Shown in pieces: positions 1 to 12,300 of a stretch of DNA of 64,000 nucleotides. The stretch covers positions 1 to 64,000 of the forward strand of contig JAHLTZ010000034.1 in assembly GCA_025786725.1 (NCBI GenBank), in the 5' to 3' direction. The first letter of the stretch is position 1, and each line of letters begins with the position of its first letter. This DNA comes from Syncephalis fuscata S228. Its lineage: Eukaryota > Fungi > Zoopagomycota. The position numbers and the translations under genes are program-made. The notes below the pieces were generated by a model. The model was not told where the DNA came from and did not search any database. It worked only from the letters and a program-made list of their open reading frames with translations.

Positions 1-520
1 GTGGGACAGAATGGGAATGATATAGGTAAATGGTGGATATATGCATATGGATAACGAATCTATGATGACGAGTATTTGATGACTGATGTCACTCACCACC
101 CATCATCATGTTCAATAGATTGGGCGTTATTAATATTAGTCATTTGGCCATCAAGTAGTACTAAATTGTTATTTATTTGTTAATAAACAATATTATTTAT
201 AGTGGTATAACCTTTAATGTTATAGAGCGCGGCAATAAACAATGTTTATTGCCGTACTTTTACATTACTATAACAGCATTGCGCTGTGATAATTGTAATC
301 ACCATGGTGCCGTTCATAGACACAATGCAATTTAGCTTATAAACGGTATTATGTTTTATTGAGTTAAGCATTAAGCGCAACTATCACTACTGATATGTTA
401 GTAGTTTAGTGCTATTTGGAATCAAATGGCTATTTTTAACAGTATTTGCATACTCAAATACATATTTGTTTTATTGAACATGATGATGATGGGTGGTAAG
501 TTATATTGGTCAGCAAATTT
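1..520. repeat. Degenerate palindromic/foldback repeat (family core TGAACATGATGATGRRTGGT), truncated by window start
   Basis: 87-117 (CACCCATCATCATGTTCAATA) is the reverse complement of 472-497 (TATTGAACATGATGATGATGGGTGG); weaker symmetry pairs ~130-170 with ~405-445. Reverse complement of 1-117 aligns with 39217-39334. Confidence 0.75.
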
Positions 521-3500
521 ATTATATAGTACATTTATTATTATTATTCTGCGCAAACGTGTCTATTGTAGATATCGCCATATTGTTAAATTTTTGCAAT
601 ATTACAATATTAATATTTAAACTATTTTATTTTTAACTTTCTGAGTTTTATACAGACTTATTTGCTGTAACTAGTTTAGCAATCAACAATCATAATTCTT
701 GTCATACTTTATCCAGCTAATAGCAGCACTAGTAGCGGTAAAAATACTTGATTCAAAATAGCGTTATATAGTTTTAGCTTAATAGCTTTATGCTTGTTGT
801 TTTTATAACAATTGTAATTATAATAACAAAAATCAGCATACAAAAATGGATATATATATAATAAAGAAATAAGCAATTGGCAAATCATTTGATTATTTAA
901 AGTAAATAATAGTTTAAAAGTATTTATTTGTTTATAAAACTGACTGCTGGAATATCAAGTAAACTGTCTATTAAACCTGTATTATCAAGCATAACCTAGA
1001 TGTTGAAATACTATTTATATTTTGGTATTATTAGAATAAGCTTGTGTTTATTGTAGCATTATATAGTTAATATTCACATCGTAATTATATTATACAAAAC
1101 GATATTTACAATTACATTAATGTTTATAAAAGCGTATTAAATCTATTGTTACACTGGCTATTTGACTTATTAAAATTTACAGCAAAGCAATCAGATAAGC
1201 TACAGCCATTGCTGGTATTTATATAAGCAATAAATGTTTTTATTTAACATTATGGCCAATGCTATTGAAAGCATAATATAAACACATCAGTTTGCGCATT
1301 GCTATAAAGCAATAACACGGAAATACAAGTTATACTAATCCTGTCTTTGCTTAATTAACAGATCAGCAGATTGTTATATTCAATACACACACAAATTGAT
1401 ATATATATATATATCACTCTTGTTTATACATATAAATACTTATTTATTCATTAAAACCAATCAAACTTGCTTCAACATTATCACCATTAGATTTTGCATC
1501 TATGAAATCATTAAATTATTTATTTTATTATAGTGAGTGATAAAAATAGCCACCTAATCGGTAGTGGTAAAGGCAAAAAGTAGTTTGGCCAATGCCACTT
1601 TGGTACACCTTGGCTCTCCTTGATTCGTATATTCCAATGGAATGTTCCATCGAAAACGTCATAGCTGTTGAACAACGCCTTTTCTTATTGAGCATGATCG
1701 TCTCCACATCACACAGTAAATTGGACGGTTTTGTGTTCAAGGGTCGTTGATAAAAACCAATGAAAGCTCCCCTTTGCTTTGCATCTAACAGATATGGACA
1801 AACGAGGCAATGCGACTCTCTATCCACGTACTATCGTCATCACCATTTTTATCACTTCACACAACTCCGCCTCCCTATTAATTGAGTCGTATTAAGAACA
1901 CGCTGTTTTTTTACTACATACAGCTACATAAACATATACTTGCTTACACTTGCTATAAAGATGATAATAACAACAAAACAATACTTAGTTATTGATAATT
2001 AACTATTATGACCAAAAACTGATAGCACACGAGTGTATTTGAAGGTAAAAAAAAAACAAGCTTTGATCTCAAAAAGATAAAGGCAACTCCTATAAAAATG
2101 TATGGTTCTACAGTACGTACCAATAAACCGAAGGGTGTCTATCTATTATCTATAAATGTGTCTGTGTCTTGTTGGTCTAGAGAGTAGTGGTACAATTCAC
2201 TGGTCTGTCTGGTCCAATCCCCGCGCTGTGCACAGGCATAGGTCCCTATTTGGCCGATGATTGATTTCATCCACGCATTCATGCACAGTAAGTGTGTGTG
2301 TGTGTGCTGTTCATACACAATCTTTTATGCGTAATGAATAGGCCGCCCCTTTTATTATGGCCATGTGCAGCCCCTCTCATCATTTACAACACAGCTGTTG
2401 TTGTTATTCCATACTAATTAATCCATCCTTCCTGCACATATTTTACTTACCATAACATACTTGTTGTTTTTTAAACTATTTATTCAAGCTGTGTTCTATG
2501 TAAATGTGAGTAAAAATCTCCGAATGATATTTACGCTGTGTCTGTGTTTATTCAATTATATGAAGATTGAGGGGGCGGGGAGACACCTTATCTGGTCGTT
2601 GTTGTTCATACGTCTACTCCACTTAAAGCTTTGCTAGCCACAATTTCCTTTTCATTCACTATCGACTTAGTTGCTGTTTCTATTTCTTTCTCCTCTTTCC
2701 TCTTCTCCACTACCACCACCTCCTACTCCGTCCACCTCTTATCGCTCCCTTTTCCCCTCGTTGCTGTCTGTCTTCAGCACTATCTATCGGTAGGCATTGC
2801 GTGCTCTGTGCTTATATTATTCATAGCACTATTGCTTGTTCGTTTCATCTTCATCCTCGTTGACACAAGTGAACGACCACTTGGCGACTGTCGCCTTCTC
2901 TCGACTATTTCTTGTTTGAAAGAGAATCCGCGTATTGCCATACGTCTTAGAGAACTCTAACCATCATCATCTTGCTCCACCTATAACGTGTCCATCTTAC
3001 ACAGGCAAACTTATTTGCATACGCGTAAACGCACATACTCTTTTGTTCTTCCGGTTTTTCGCTTTCTCGCTAGTCCCTTTAAGCAAAAAGCTCTGTTGTT
3101 TTGTCGTACAACCCTCGCGTTACCGTTTCATACTATTAGCCACTGTATCGTTTTTTCCTTTTATTTTCGCGCACGGTACATTGCTAGGACTGTCATCTAG
3201 TATAAGTGTACCTGTACTTGTGTGTGTACGTGTGTGTACGTTGTAAGCCATCGCACTAAGGCGACCGATATCGCTTGGTCTATCGTTTTTGGTAGACTAT
3301 TTGCCGGTTTATAGGTTGGTTTATTTTGTCTTATTAATTTATTTATTATTAACTTTTAACCTTTAATACTAATTAATTGATTACTTTAGTTGCTATTGCG
3401 GCTATTTCTACTTACAGCCACCGCCACTACTATTACTACGTTTTCTCTTCTTCTTCCTTCTCCTCTTTGTCCATCCTTATTTCTGCGTGCCATATTATTG

Positions 3501-3948
3501 CTTTGCCACCAGTGTCGGTTAATTGACATTTAAACTCCGACCATTTTGATTATATTTGGCAATTGCCATTTATTTGTCTAGTTATTTTGAGCTTTTTTAT
3601 TTTCGTGTACTAACTGCACATTGCTACACATACGTGACGACAGACTTTAAATAGAACAATTGTTTGTGCATTATTACGAGTAAGTAGAAGTAACGTAGTT
3701 AATAACAGCGTTTTATTTCGCTTTATTAATATCTAACTAATGTGTCTACATTTTATTAATTAGGCCTGCGGTGTTTTGTGTACAAGTTCACTGCCGTCCT
3801 ATTTACTCATACACTGGTTGACGACTATTCTTGTCCACTGCTACATAGTGATAATCTATTCGGTCACACGCCAGTTCCTTCGCTAGTGTTTATTCTAACG
3901 TATCCATTATAGTAAACACTGTCATAATCATAATAACTATAGTAACTC

Positions 3949-6900
3949 ATGGCATCCACTTCGGTAAAGTATGTAATTAATTAGTTATTTATTAAATACA
4001 TATTAATTATTATTGTTTATAATCTAATAGAGTAGCGTTGCGAATACGCCCGCTCACTACCAATGAGCAGATTGCCGATTGTCGTGAATGCATTGCTTGT
4101 TTGCCCAATTCTACACAAATTATCATTGGGCATGACCGCTCGTTTGAATTCGACTATGTATTTGATCCGGATGCCACCCAGGAGCTGGTCTACCAGGACA
4201 GTATCAAGCCAATGGTCAATCGCTTTCTTGATGGCTATAACGTCACAGTACTTGCCTATGGCCAGACAGGCTCTGGCAAGACCCATAGTATGGGTACAGG
4301 CATGAATGTGGAAGAAGGACAGCATGGTATCGTGCCACGTACCATTAACGATGTATTTAAGACAATGAACGAACTTAAGAGCCAGCAACCAGACTCTGAG
4401 TTTGAGATACGTGTTTCCTTCTTGGAACTTTACAATGAAGACCTTGTTGATCTGTTGTCATCCGATCGCAGTCGCAGCGATGGTAAAAATGGACCACAAA
4501 TTCGCGAAGACGGCAAAGGTGGTATTATGTGGACCAACGTTGAAATGGTACCTGCTCAATCGCCAGAAGAGCTATTTGCACTACTCAACAAAGGTTCTAT
4601 GTGTCGTACAGTTGGATCTACCGATATGAATCTTACCTCGTCACGTTCACATGCTATATTCTCTGTTACATTAATGCAACGTCGTCTATTTGAACTTGAC
4701 GATATGGGAGAGGTGCTAGTATTTCTGAAATGATAAAAAAGACCCGCCAACCACCTGTCACTGCACCACCTACGCCGCCCGACACTGCATCTAACAATTC
4801 AGTCAATGAAACTGAAAAAGCAACTGATGGAGGAGCGGCAACAGCGACAGCAGAAGAAGCTAATAAGCCAGCCGGCGACGATGACACATCTGGTCCATCG
4901 GCTGAAGTACGAACTGTCATTTCAAAGTTTCACTTTGTCGATTTGGCCGGTTCTGAGCGGCTTAAACGTACCAATGCAACTGGTGATCGAGCCAAAGAAG
5001 GTATATCCATCAATGCCGGTCTATTGTCCTTGGGCAATGTTATTAGCGCATTAGCCGATGCGGCCGATCTTAAACCAGGCCAGCCTGCACCGCATGTGCC
5101 ATATCGTGACTCTAAACTCACGCGTTTGTTACAAGATTCACTTGGTGGTAATAGGTAATTAAATTTATTAGCGTTATAGACATTTATTTTAATCTACGAT
5201 ACAGTCAAACACTGATGATGGCCTGTGTATCATCATCTGACTCCAATTTCTCAGAGACATTGAGTACACTTCGCTATGCTACACGTGCTCGCAAGATTCA
5301 AAACCGTGCCCGGGCCAATGTCGACGAAGCAGCCGCATCAGCAGCCGAAGTTACACGTCTACGGGCCCAAGTATCACGTCTGCAACGACAGATGGCCGAT
5401 CTACGCGAAAATGGCGTAGTAGCCGCTGGACCATCGCCTCTTGAAGTTGAACGACGTAAATGGCTTGAACAAGAGGTGTACCGTGCCCGATTTGACGCCG
5501 GTAAACTTAAAGAGCGTATTCGTGATCTTGAACAAGAAGTGACACGAACCAAGGCGGAACGTGATACACTTATATTCCAATATGGTGAAGCAGCCGAAGG
5601 ATTTGATATAGAATCTGACGATGCAGTCCATCCACTTATTCTTAAATATATGCGTGAAATTGCCGACTTGGAGCATCAACTAAAGGATACAAGCCGCGAA
5701 TTACGCTACTACAAGGAAAAGGACGAAGCAGCTGAAATAGAGATGGAAAGTATTGATGGATTCAGTATGGGCACACAATCTGCCGTCAACAGTCGACCAA
5801 CAAGTCGAGCTGAATTGAAACAATTATTTGAAGTTGATTTAGATCAAGTAGGTTACAAGCTGTTAATAATATTGATTAATACTAATAATATTGTTATTGT
5901 TATTATAGGTGATGCGAGATGCAGATGATAATATATTTTTTCCCTCTGATGATGGTAATATGACTGATGATGCAGTCAGTGTTGATGTAAGTTAATTAAT
6001 TAATTAATCGATATTGATGACATTAATAACATATCGATATGTTAATTAAATGATACTTTATTATAGACACGAGCTACTACACGTGCTAGCGGCTTTTCAT
6101 CAGAAGATCCATTACGCTTCTCGGTAAATAATTATGCATATTTACCTATTTATCTAATACAAATTTATTATAGGATATGTCGACTACATCAGTAGACGAT
6201 GAGTTAGACGAAGATGAAGACGAAGATGAATACATGGAAAAGATGTTGCGACAGATCAACGATAGTATTGTATTAAAAGAAGGTCTTCTTGACCATATTG
6301 AAGAGCTACAACAAGCAGTCGCCACAAAGGAAACACTTGTTCGTGACTTGGAACGAGCACGTTACGAGCAATTAATGATGCGTGAAGAATACGATCATCG
6401 TTTGCAAATACTTCAAAACGATCTATCCCATGCTCAAGAAGAACGTGACCGTGCATTAAAAGATATCTCCAAGAAGGACAATGGCGTAAGTTAATGGCAA
6501 TGTATTTATTTATAGCACATAACTAACTAACTTTCCATTAATGTGTATAGCTTTCACCGGATGCCAAGCAACGCTATGAGCAAAAGATGAAAGCGCTTAT
6601 TCATGAAATATCCGGCTTGCGTAAAGAGTCAAGTGAAGCCAACCGATCGGCCGAAACGGCTCGTAGTCAAAATCAGTTCATGGTCCGCAATATGAAGCAG
6701 CATTTAGAAACACTTAAAGGTGAAAAGCAACGTATGGCCAAGCAAATGAAAGAAGAGGCCCAACGTGTACGTGAACAAATTTCCGGCTTTCAACGTGAAA
6801 TTCAAACACTACGTCGTCAAGAGCGTAAATTGACCGATTCACTTAATCGTCTGGAAAAGCAATGCTCTGTTCAAGTAAGCATTAATACAATAATAGTTTA

Positions 6901-8763
6901 TAGTACTAATTTTTTATTAATCTATTATCAATATAGAAAACTGCATTGAAAAAGGAACAAGATGAAAAACGACAGCTTCAAACACAGCTAAAACAAGCAC
7001 AAAAGGTTTTAAATGGCGCTAAAAATAATACATCTGTCCGTGACTCAAAAGCTCCATTGAAACGTAGCAGTACTTCAATGTCCCATAGAAGAAGTGTTCC
7101 AGAACCACGTAAACTTAATAAGCGGGCCAGTACATCCAATGATATGATGGACGGCACCATGTCGGGTATTCGTACGGCATTTAAACGCCAACTACTCGAA
7201 CGGGAGATTAGTGTATGTGTAGCAAAACGTCAAGTATTCCAAGTACTCGATGAATTAAGTGGCAAGCGTGATCGACTTCAAAATGAACGACAAGCATTGG
7301 TCGAAGAGCGTACTTTGATACTTAATGAAGAAGAAGAAGCCACTGGCATGTCACCGGATCCATCAACGCCACTCTACATGGATGAGCGTATTGAATTGAT
7401 CGAGGCTGAAGTTGACTACATGGATGCACGTATTCGCGGCCTTCGTGTTGAAGCAGCCCAAATGAATCTGTGGGAACCAGGACCAGGATGGCTTGGACGT
7501 GATACAGCCTATGATAGTGCTGTGCAAATGCTACAAGATCTACCCTCCAGTGAGGCCCGCCGTATGTTATGGTTCTTTGTTGACGAAGTTATTCGACTAC
7601 GTGTCGACCAATGGTCACGTCAAATGGCCGTTGGTGAAATGGAAAAGTCCATGATGGACATGCGCCGCACACTGCTTATGATGCGAAAGACTGCCGTTGC
7701 CGCTGCCGTTGAATACGAGAAGCGTCTACGTCAAATGGAACAACGTCTAGTCGCCAAAGAGACTGGTGTACGTGTGCCACGTCATAAAGAGCCAAAATCA
7801 CCCACCTCGCCCGCTAAAGATGTGGCGATATTTGAACGTATTTATGAACGTGGTATATTCACCAAAGCAGTACGTAGCGTTGAAGGTCCAGCCTCTCCAT
7901 TGGTTGAAGCAGGTCGACGTCATTTAGTTACCAAGAGTGACGGCTATCTACTAGCTGGCCAATTCCATGCTACTTATGGCGGTGAACTTGGCATTCATGA
8001 CCAAGCAGCCACTTCTACTTCTGAAGACTATGCCACTGCCTCATTATCATCTGGCTCATCTTCTTATCATGGCGTAAACAGCAACAGCAATAGTAATGTA
8101 GCCGAATCGGTTACATCGCCTACTGGCATTCCTATCCATCGTGTACATCTTCGTCGTTCAACAAGTGAACCTGATAAATACACGGCTACAGCCAATACAC
8201 TTACCGCATTGGAAAATGGCCATATACCAGGCTCACGCACCGGTAGTCTAGGCAGCGTTGGTGGTGGCCGGGCCCGTGGTCTATCCAATAGCAGTCGCCG
8301 TCGTTCACTCTACTTCCAAGAAACAACGCCATCCCCCACGAATAGTCTAGCCAGTATGGAGGCCCAAGAACTATGCCGTGAAGTAGACAAGATTATCGAG
8401 GCTAGTGCTGCCAATTCTTCTGTACGTCCACGTTCATGGTCGCTCACATCGGGCACTACAGTACGATCACGTACTTCACTGGGATCACATTCTCGTTCGG
8501 GCAGTGGCAATGCACCCTCGCTAATGTCACTCATTACGCCATCACGTAAAACGTTCTCTTCATCGGCCTCGTCGACCGGTGCCGATGGCAGTGTCGTTAA
8601 TATGCCTATTATGGATAGCTGTGGTCCATTAGTTACATCGCCTATGTCCACTACGTCGATGGGCAACACTGCCGCTGATGGTATGGTGGCACCGCCACTA
8701 CGTATTAACACACAGTTACATCGTCGTGACTCTATTAGTAATTCAAGTTGGAGTGTTATGTAG
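3949..8763 (+). CDS. Kinesin-4-like (KIF4/KIF21/KIF27-type) motor protein, multi-exon
   Basis: ATG 3949, intron 3969-4030 gives [15 protein letters not shown]. Motifs: P-loop GQTGSGKT, switch I SSRSHA, switch [28 protein letters not shown]. Long coiled coils and a Ser-rich tail follow. One apparent 1-nt deletion near 4710. Confidence 0.93.
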
Positions 8764-9287
8764 AGAGAGATAGTCATATATATATATATAGTCGTTTATG
8801 TGTATATATGTAATAGAGATATAGTTATATAGAGAAATGAGAAGAGTAGACGATAAACATACGTGTTATTGTTCTCTACACGTCTATCTACTATAACTCT
8901 TTGTATACTATGTATATCATAGTATATTTCTATTAGTATTTATTCTTTTCTCTTACAATATCACTTGTGCTCTATTCTATCTCTTTCTTTCTATATATAT
9001 ATATATATTTGTGTGTGTGTGTGTATCCGTTTTGTCCATTTGTGTTTGTTTTCATTTTCAATTTATTTGCGTACACATGCCATAATAATGATCCTACTAC
9101 TAATACCAATTACTATTATATTAATTATATTAATATAAATGATGTGTATTGTAAGATACTTATAAATTGAATAACACTATTTTCACTGCATCTATTACAC
9201 AATGTTGTTGTTATTATATAATGTTATTAATTAGTCATTTGTTTATCAGTAATAGGTAGTAATTTTATATTGATAAAATGTATACAA

Positions 9288-9333
9288 TAGATAGTTAGAT
9301 AGATAGATAGATAGATAGGTAGATGGATGGATG
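9288..9333. repeat. (GATA)n/(GATG)n microsatellite between the convergent 3' ends of the kinesin and RhoGAP genes
   Basis: Direct reading: agatagatagatagatag...gatggatggatg. Confidence 0.9.
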
Positions 9334-9372
9334 AGTCGATATAAATCATATAGATAGTTAGAAAAAAGAAAT

Positions 9373-12300
9373 CTATGGCAATGACACTTTAGTATCATTT
9401 ACAAAGGACGTAATAGAATCTTCAGGTATTTCCTCGGCAATACCAGTTAATTGAGGTGATTTATCAAGTTTTCTATTCATCAATTGATTTATATCATCTT
9501 CGTCGTCGTCATCATCTTCATTGTTGTCTTCTTCCTCGGCGACCATTTCAATAACACCATCTAGATTATTATTCTCTTCAGCGTTATCTTGACTCTCTTC
9601 TGGTTCATCTTCAACATCAAAGAACCAATGATATTGTAAAATATACGTTTTAACAATATTCTGGTGATGGCCTAAATTGTTAAAACTGGCCCCAAATTGG
9701 CTGGCCCAGGTGGTGCCCGAATAAGCGAAGGACCGAATACAATAGCCAGATTAGTGGCATACATATGATTCTTCTTCAATTCAGTAACTCTATATCAATA
9801 CAGTATATTAATATGAATGTTGATCATAAAAGTTGACCATTGAAACTTACCGTTCAAGATGTTCAACAAGACGTCGGAAAAGAATATAATTACGACGTGG
9901 TAACATGCCAATAGATCTTTGAGGGCAAACATACGGTCATTGTACTCTTCAATTTCTATATTATATTGTATATGGTTAGTATTATTATTATTACCGTAAT
10001 AAAATTAATAACTTACTTGTGGCCTTAATAAACTCATCATACAATCGATTAGTCAATAATGGTTCAGGCAATTCACGGAAAAACTGTTTAAGTAAACATG
10101 CCACCACATTAATATCTGCCCAATCATCGGTCGATAAATCAACTGCCGTAGCATCTATCAATCAAATAAATAGATATATATATATATATATATTAGTTAA
10201 ACATTAACAAATACAATTAATGTTAATTACCTTGATTGAAACAGTTTCTTAATCGATCCATGGCTGATTGCATACCTGGTACTCTGTAAATACCCACTTC
10301 TTCAAGTCCTATAATCATTGATATTAATGGCTGATTACTATAAACAACTGTAATAAACCTACCACGTCGTTCCACTTCAGCAATACATTTCTCAACAACA
10401 ATAGGCAATTGATCGTCAATCATAATAGGCTCCAAATCAATACCAAACACTATTGAATACAATAAACAATCAGTATCTACATTTAACAAGTATATTAATA
10501 ACTTACTAGGTGTACGTAATCCTTGACCAGGCAGCGATGGTACAGGTGGTGCAGATCCTACATCTACCGGTAATGGATCACTGTTCTCTGGTTGAGTTGA
10601 TCGACGTTTAATGGCCGCTGTTCTTGATACATGAGCAATCGCCTCTAGCCATTGCTGCATGCTGGGCCTATCAGCTGCCTGCAGTAGATGTTGTCCACCT
10701 TCTTCGGTAATCACTCTAAAGACGTGTGGCCGTTTAGCATAGCCATGTTCCACTTGTGCTTGGGCATTAATTAAATTAATGACTGCCGATGGTCGATTAG
10801 AGCCTTTACGCATCGGTTTAGATGCATGACTAAGTGACGATACACGTCCTACTAGTGGACGTGAACTACCACTCGCACTTCCCATATTGCCGCCACTGGA
10901 TGTTGACATCGATGGTTGAACGGTATTGGATGTACCGATAACGCCTTTAACCAAACGCATCATGCCTTTCATTTTACCAGTAGTGCTTGATCTGTATTCA
11001 GGTGATCCTGATAGACCACTGCCTGGAGTCATTGTGGATCCAGCCATCGGGCTAGATGGCAATAGGCCATTGTTATTGCCAAGACTGCTTTGACGTCGAT
11101 GTTGCATCGTCATATCGTGTAGTTCTTTTTCCAATCGATCCCGTTCCTTATTATCACGTCGTAACTTGTCTTGTTGTTCGCCAAGCAGTTTGTGGAATAC
11201 ACGGGTCGTTTTATGTAGTCTTGGATGATGTTGAATACTTTGTTTTGACACTTGTAGACTTTCTTGTTGCGATAGTTCACGTAACGGACGCCAATTTGAT
11301 TGAAGTGTTAAGGCATCGGGTGTCATTAAAAAGGCACATGCTGTCAATGGCTGTTGTGGCTGTTGTTGGGCGGCCTTTTCCATTTGAGCTTGATATTGTC
11401 GCAGTATATCAATCATATTATGAAGTCGTAGTCGTTTCTCTAAACTGACCATAGGTGCTGTTGTTGCCGTGGCCGCTATTGGAGCAGTAATGGTATTGGC
11501 TGTTGTTGCCGTTGCCGTATTTGTACTTGTACTTGTACTTGCTGTAATACCTATAGCTACACTAGTACCAGTACTTGATGTTGTTCCAGTAGGCAGTATA
11601 GATGTAGCTGTCGTATCAGGTAGTGTATCCGGTAAACGATAACATATCTGTAAAATACTCTCCATAGCCCATCCAATACATGGTACAAGTGTCATGGGTC
11701 GTGATCGCGATGAACCTTTAAGTGTACCCGATCGGGTCATTCCGGGTGCTTTGGATGGCGGTGCTGTTTCAGACATGATAAGTAGCGTTAGTGTATCCAA
11801 CGTAGTATTACGACGGGCTGCTACTTCTTGCCAAGTACGTAGAAATAGACGCGACTCGGGACTAACCAGTGCACTAGCAATGGCCCGTTCAACCAATGAT
11901 GGCACTCGATGTGTACCGCCAAATGCATCGACAGTGGTAGCATCTGGCGATAGAATAAGTGTATGTGTTGTGCCACGACATAAAGCAATCATTTGCAAAA
12001 ATTTACTAATCCATTCAACGCGTTGATTCCATTGTGCCGATGTACTAGTAACGCGTGAAATAACCCATGTACGTAAACGGTCACGGAATTGACAACACTT
12101 TTGTATTGACCAGGGCAGTGCCGTTAGAATACGTGAAGTAGTGCCGGCTCGTCGGCTATGATCAAGCACGGTGAATATATCCGGTAGTGTAAGTTCTTCT
12201 TCAAGTGGTACTGGTCGACGTTGCGTCGGATGCCATACAAGTGGATCAAGTGTTTGTAGTTCAAGTACCGTAACGGCCTGTACCCAATCAGCTAGGCTAA

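Noticed and set aside
2631-3246. Hydrophobic ORFs of 70-109 aa upstream of the kinesin
   Set aside because: Non-ATG starts and Phe/Leu/Ser bias expected from pyrimidine-rich leader DNA; no motif.
4700-4733. Programmed frameshift or split kinesin gene
   Set aside because: No slippery site or usable intron; same one-base-missing pattern as many other genes here, so probably assembly error.
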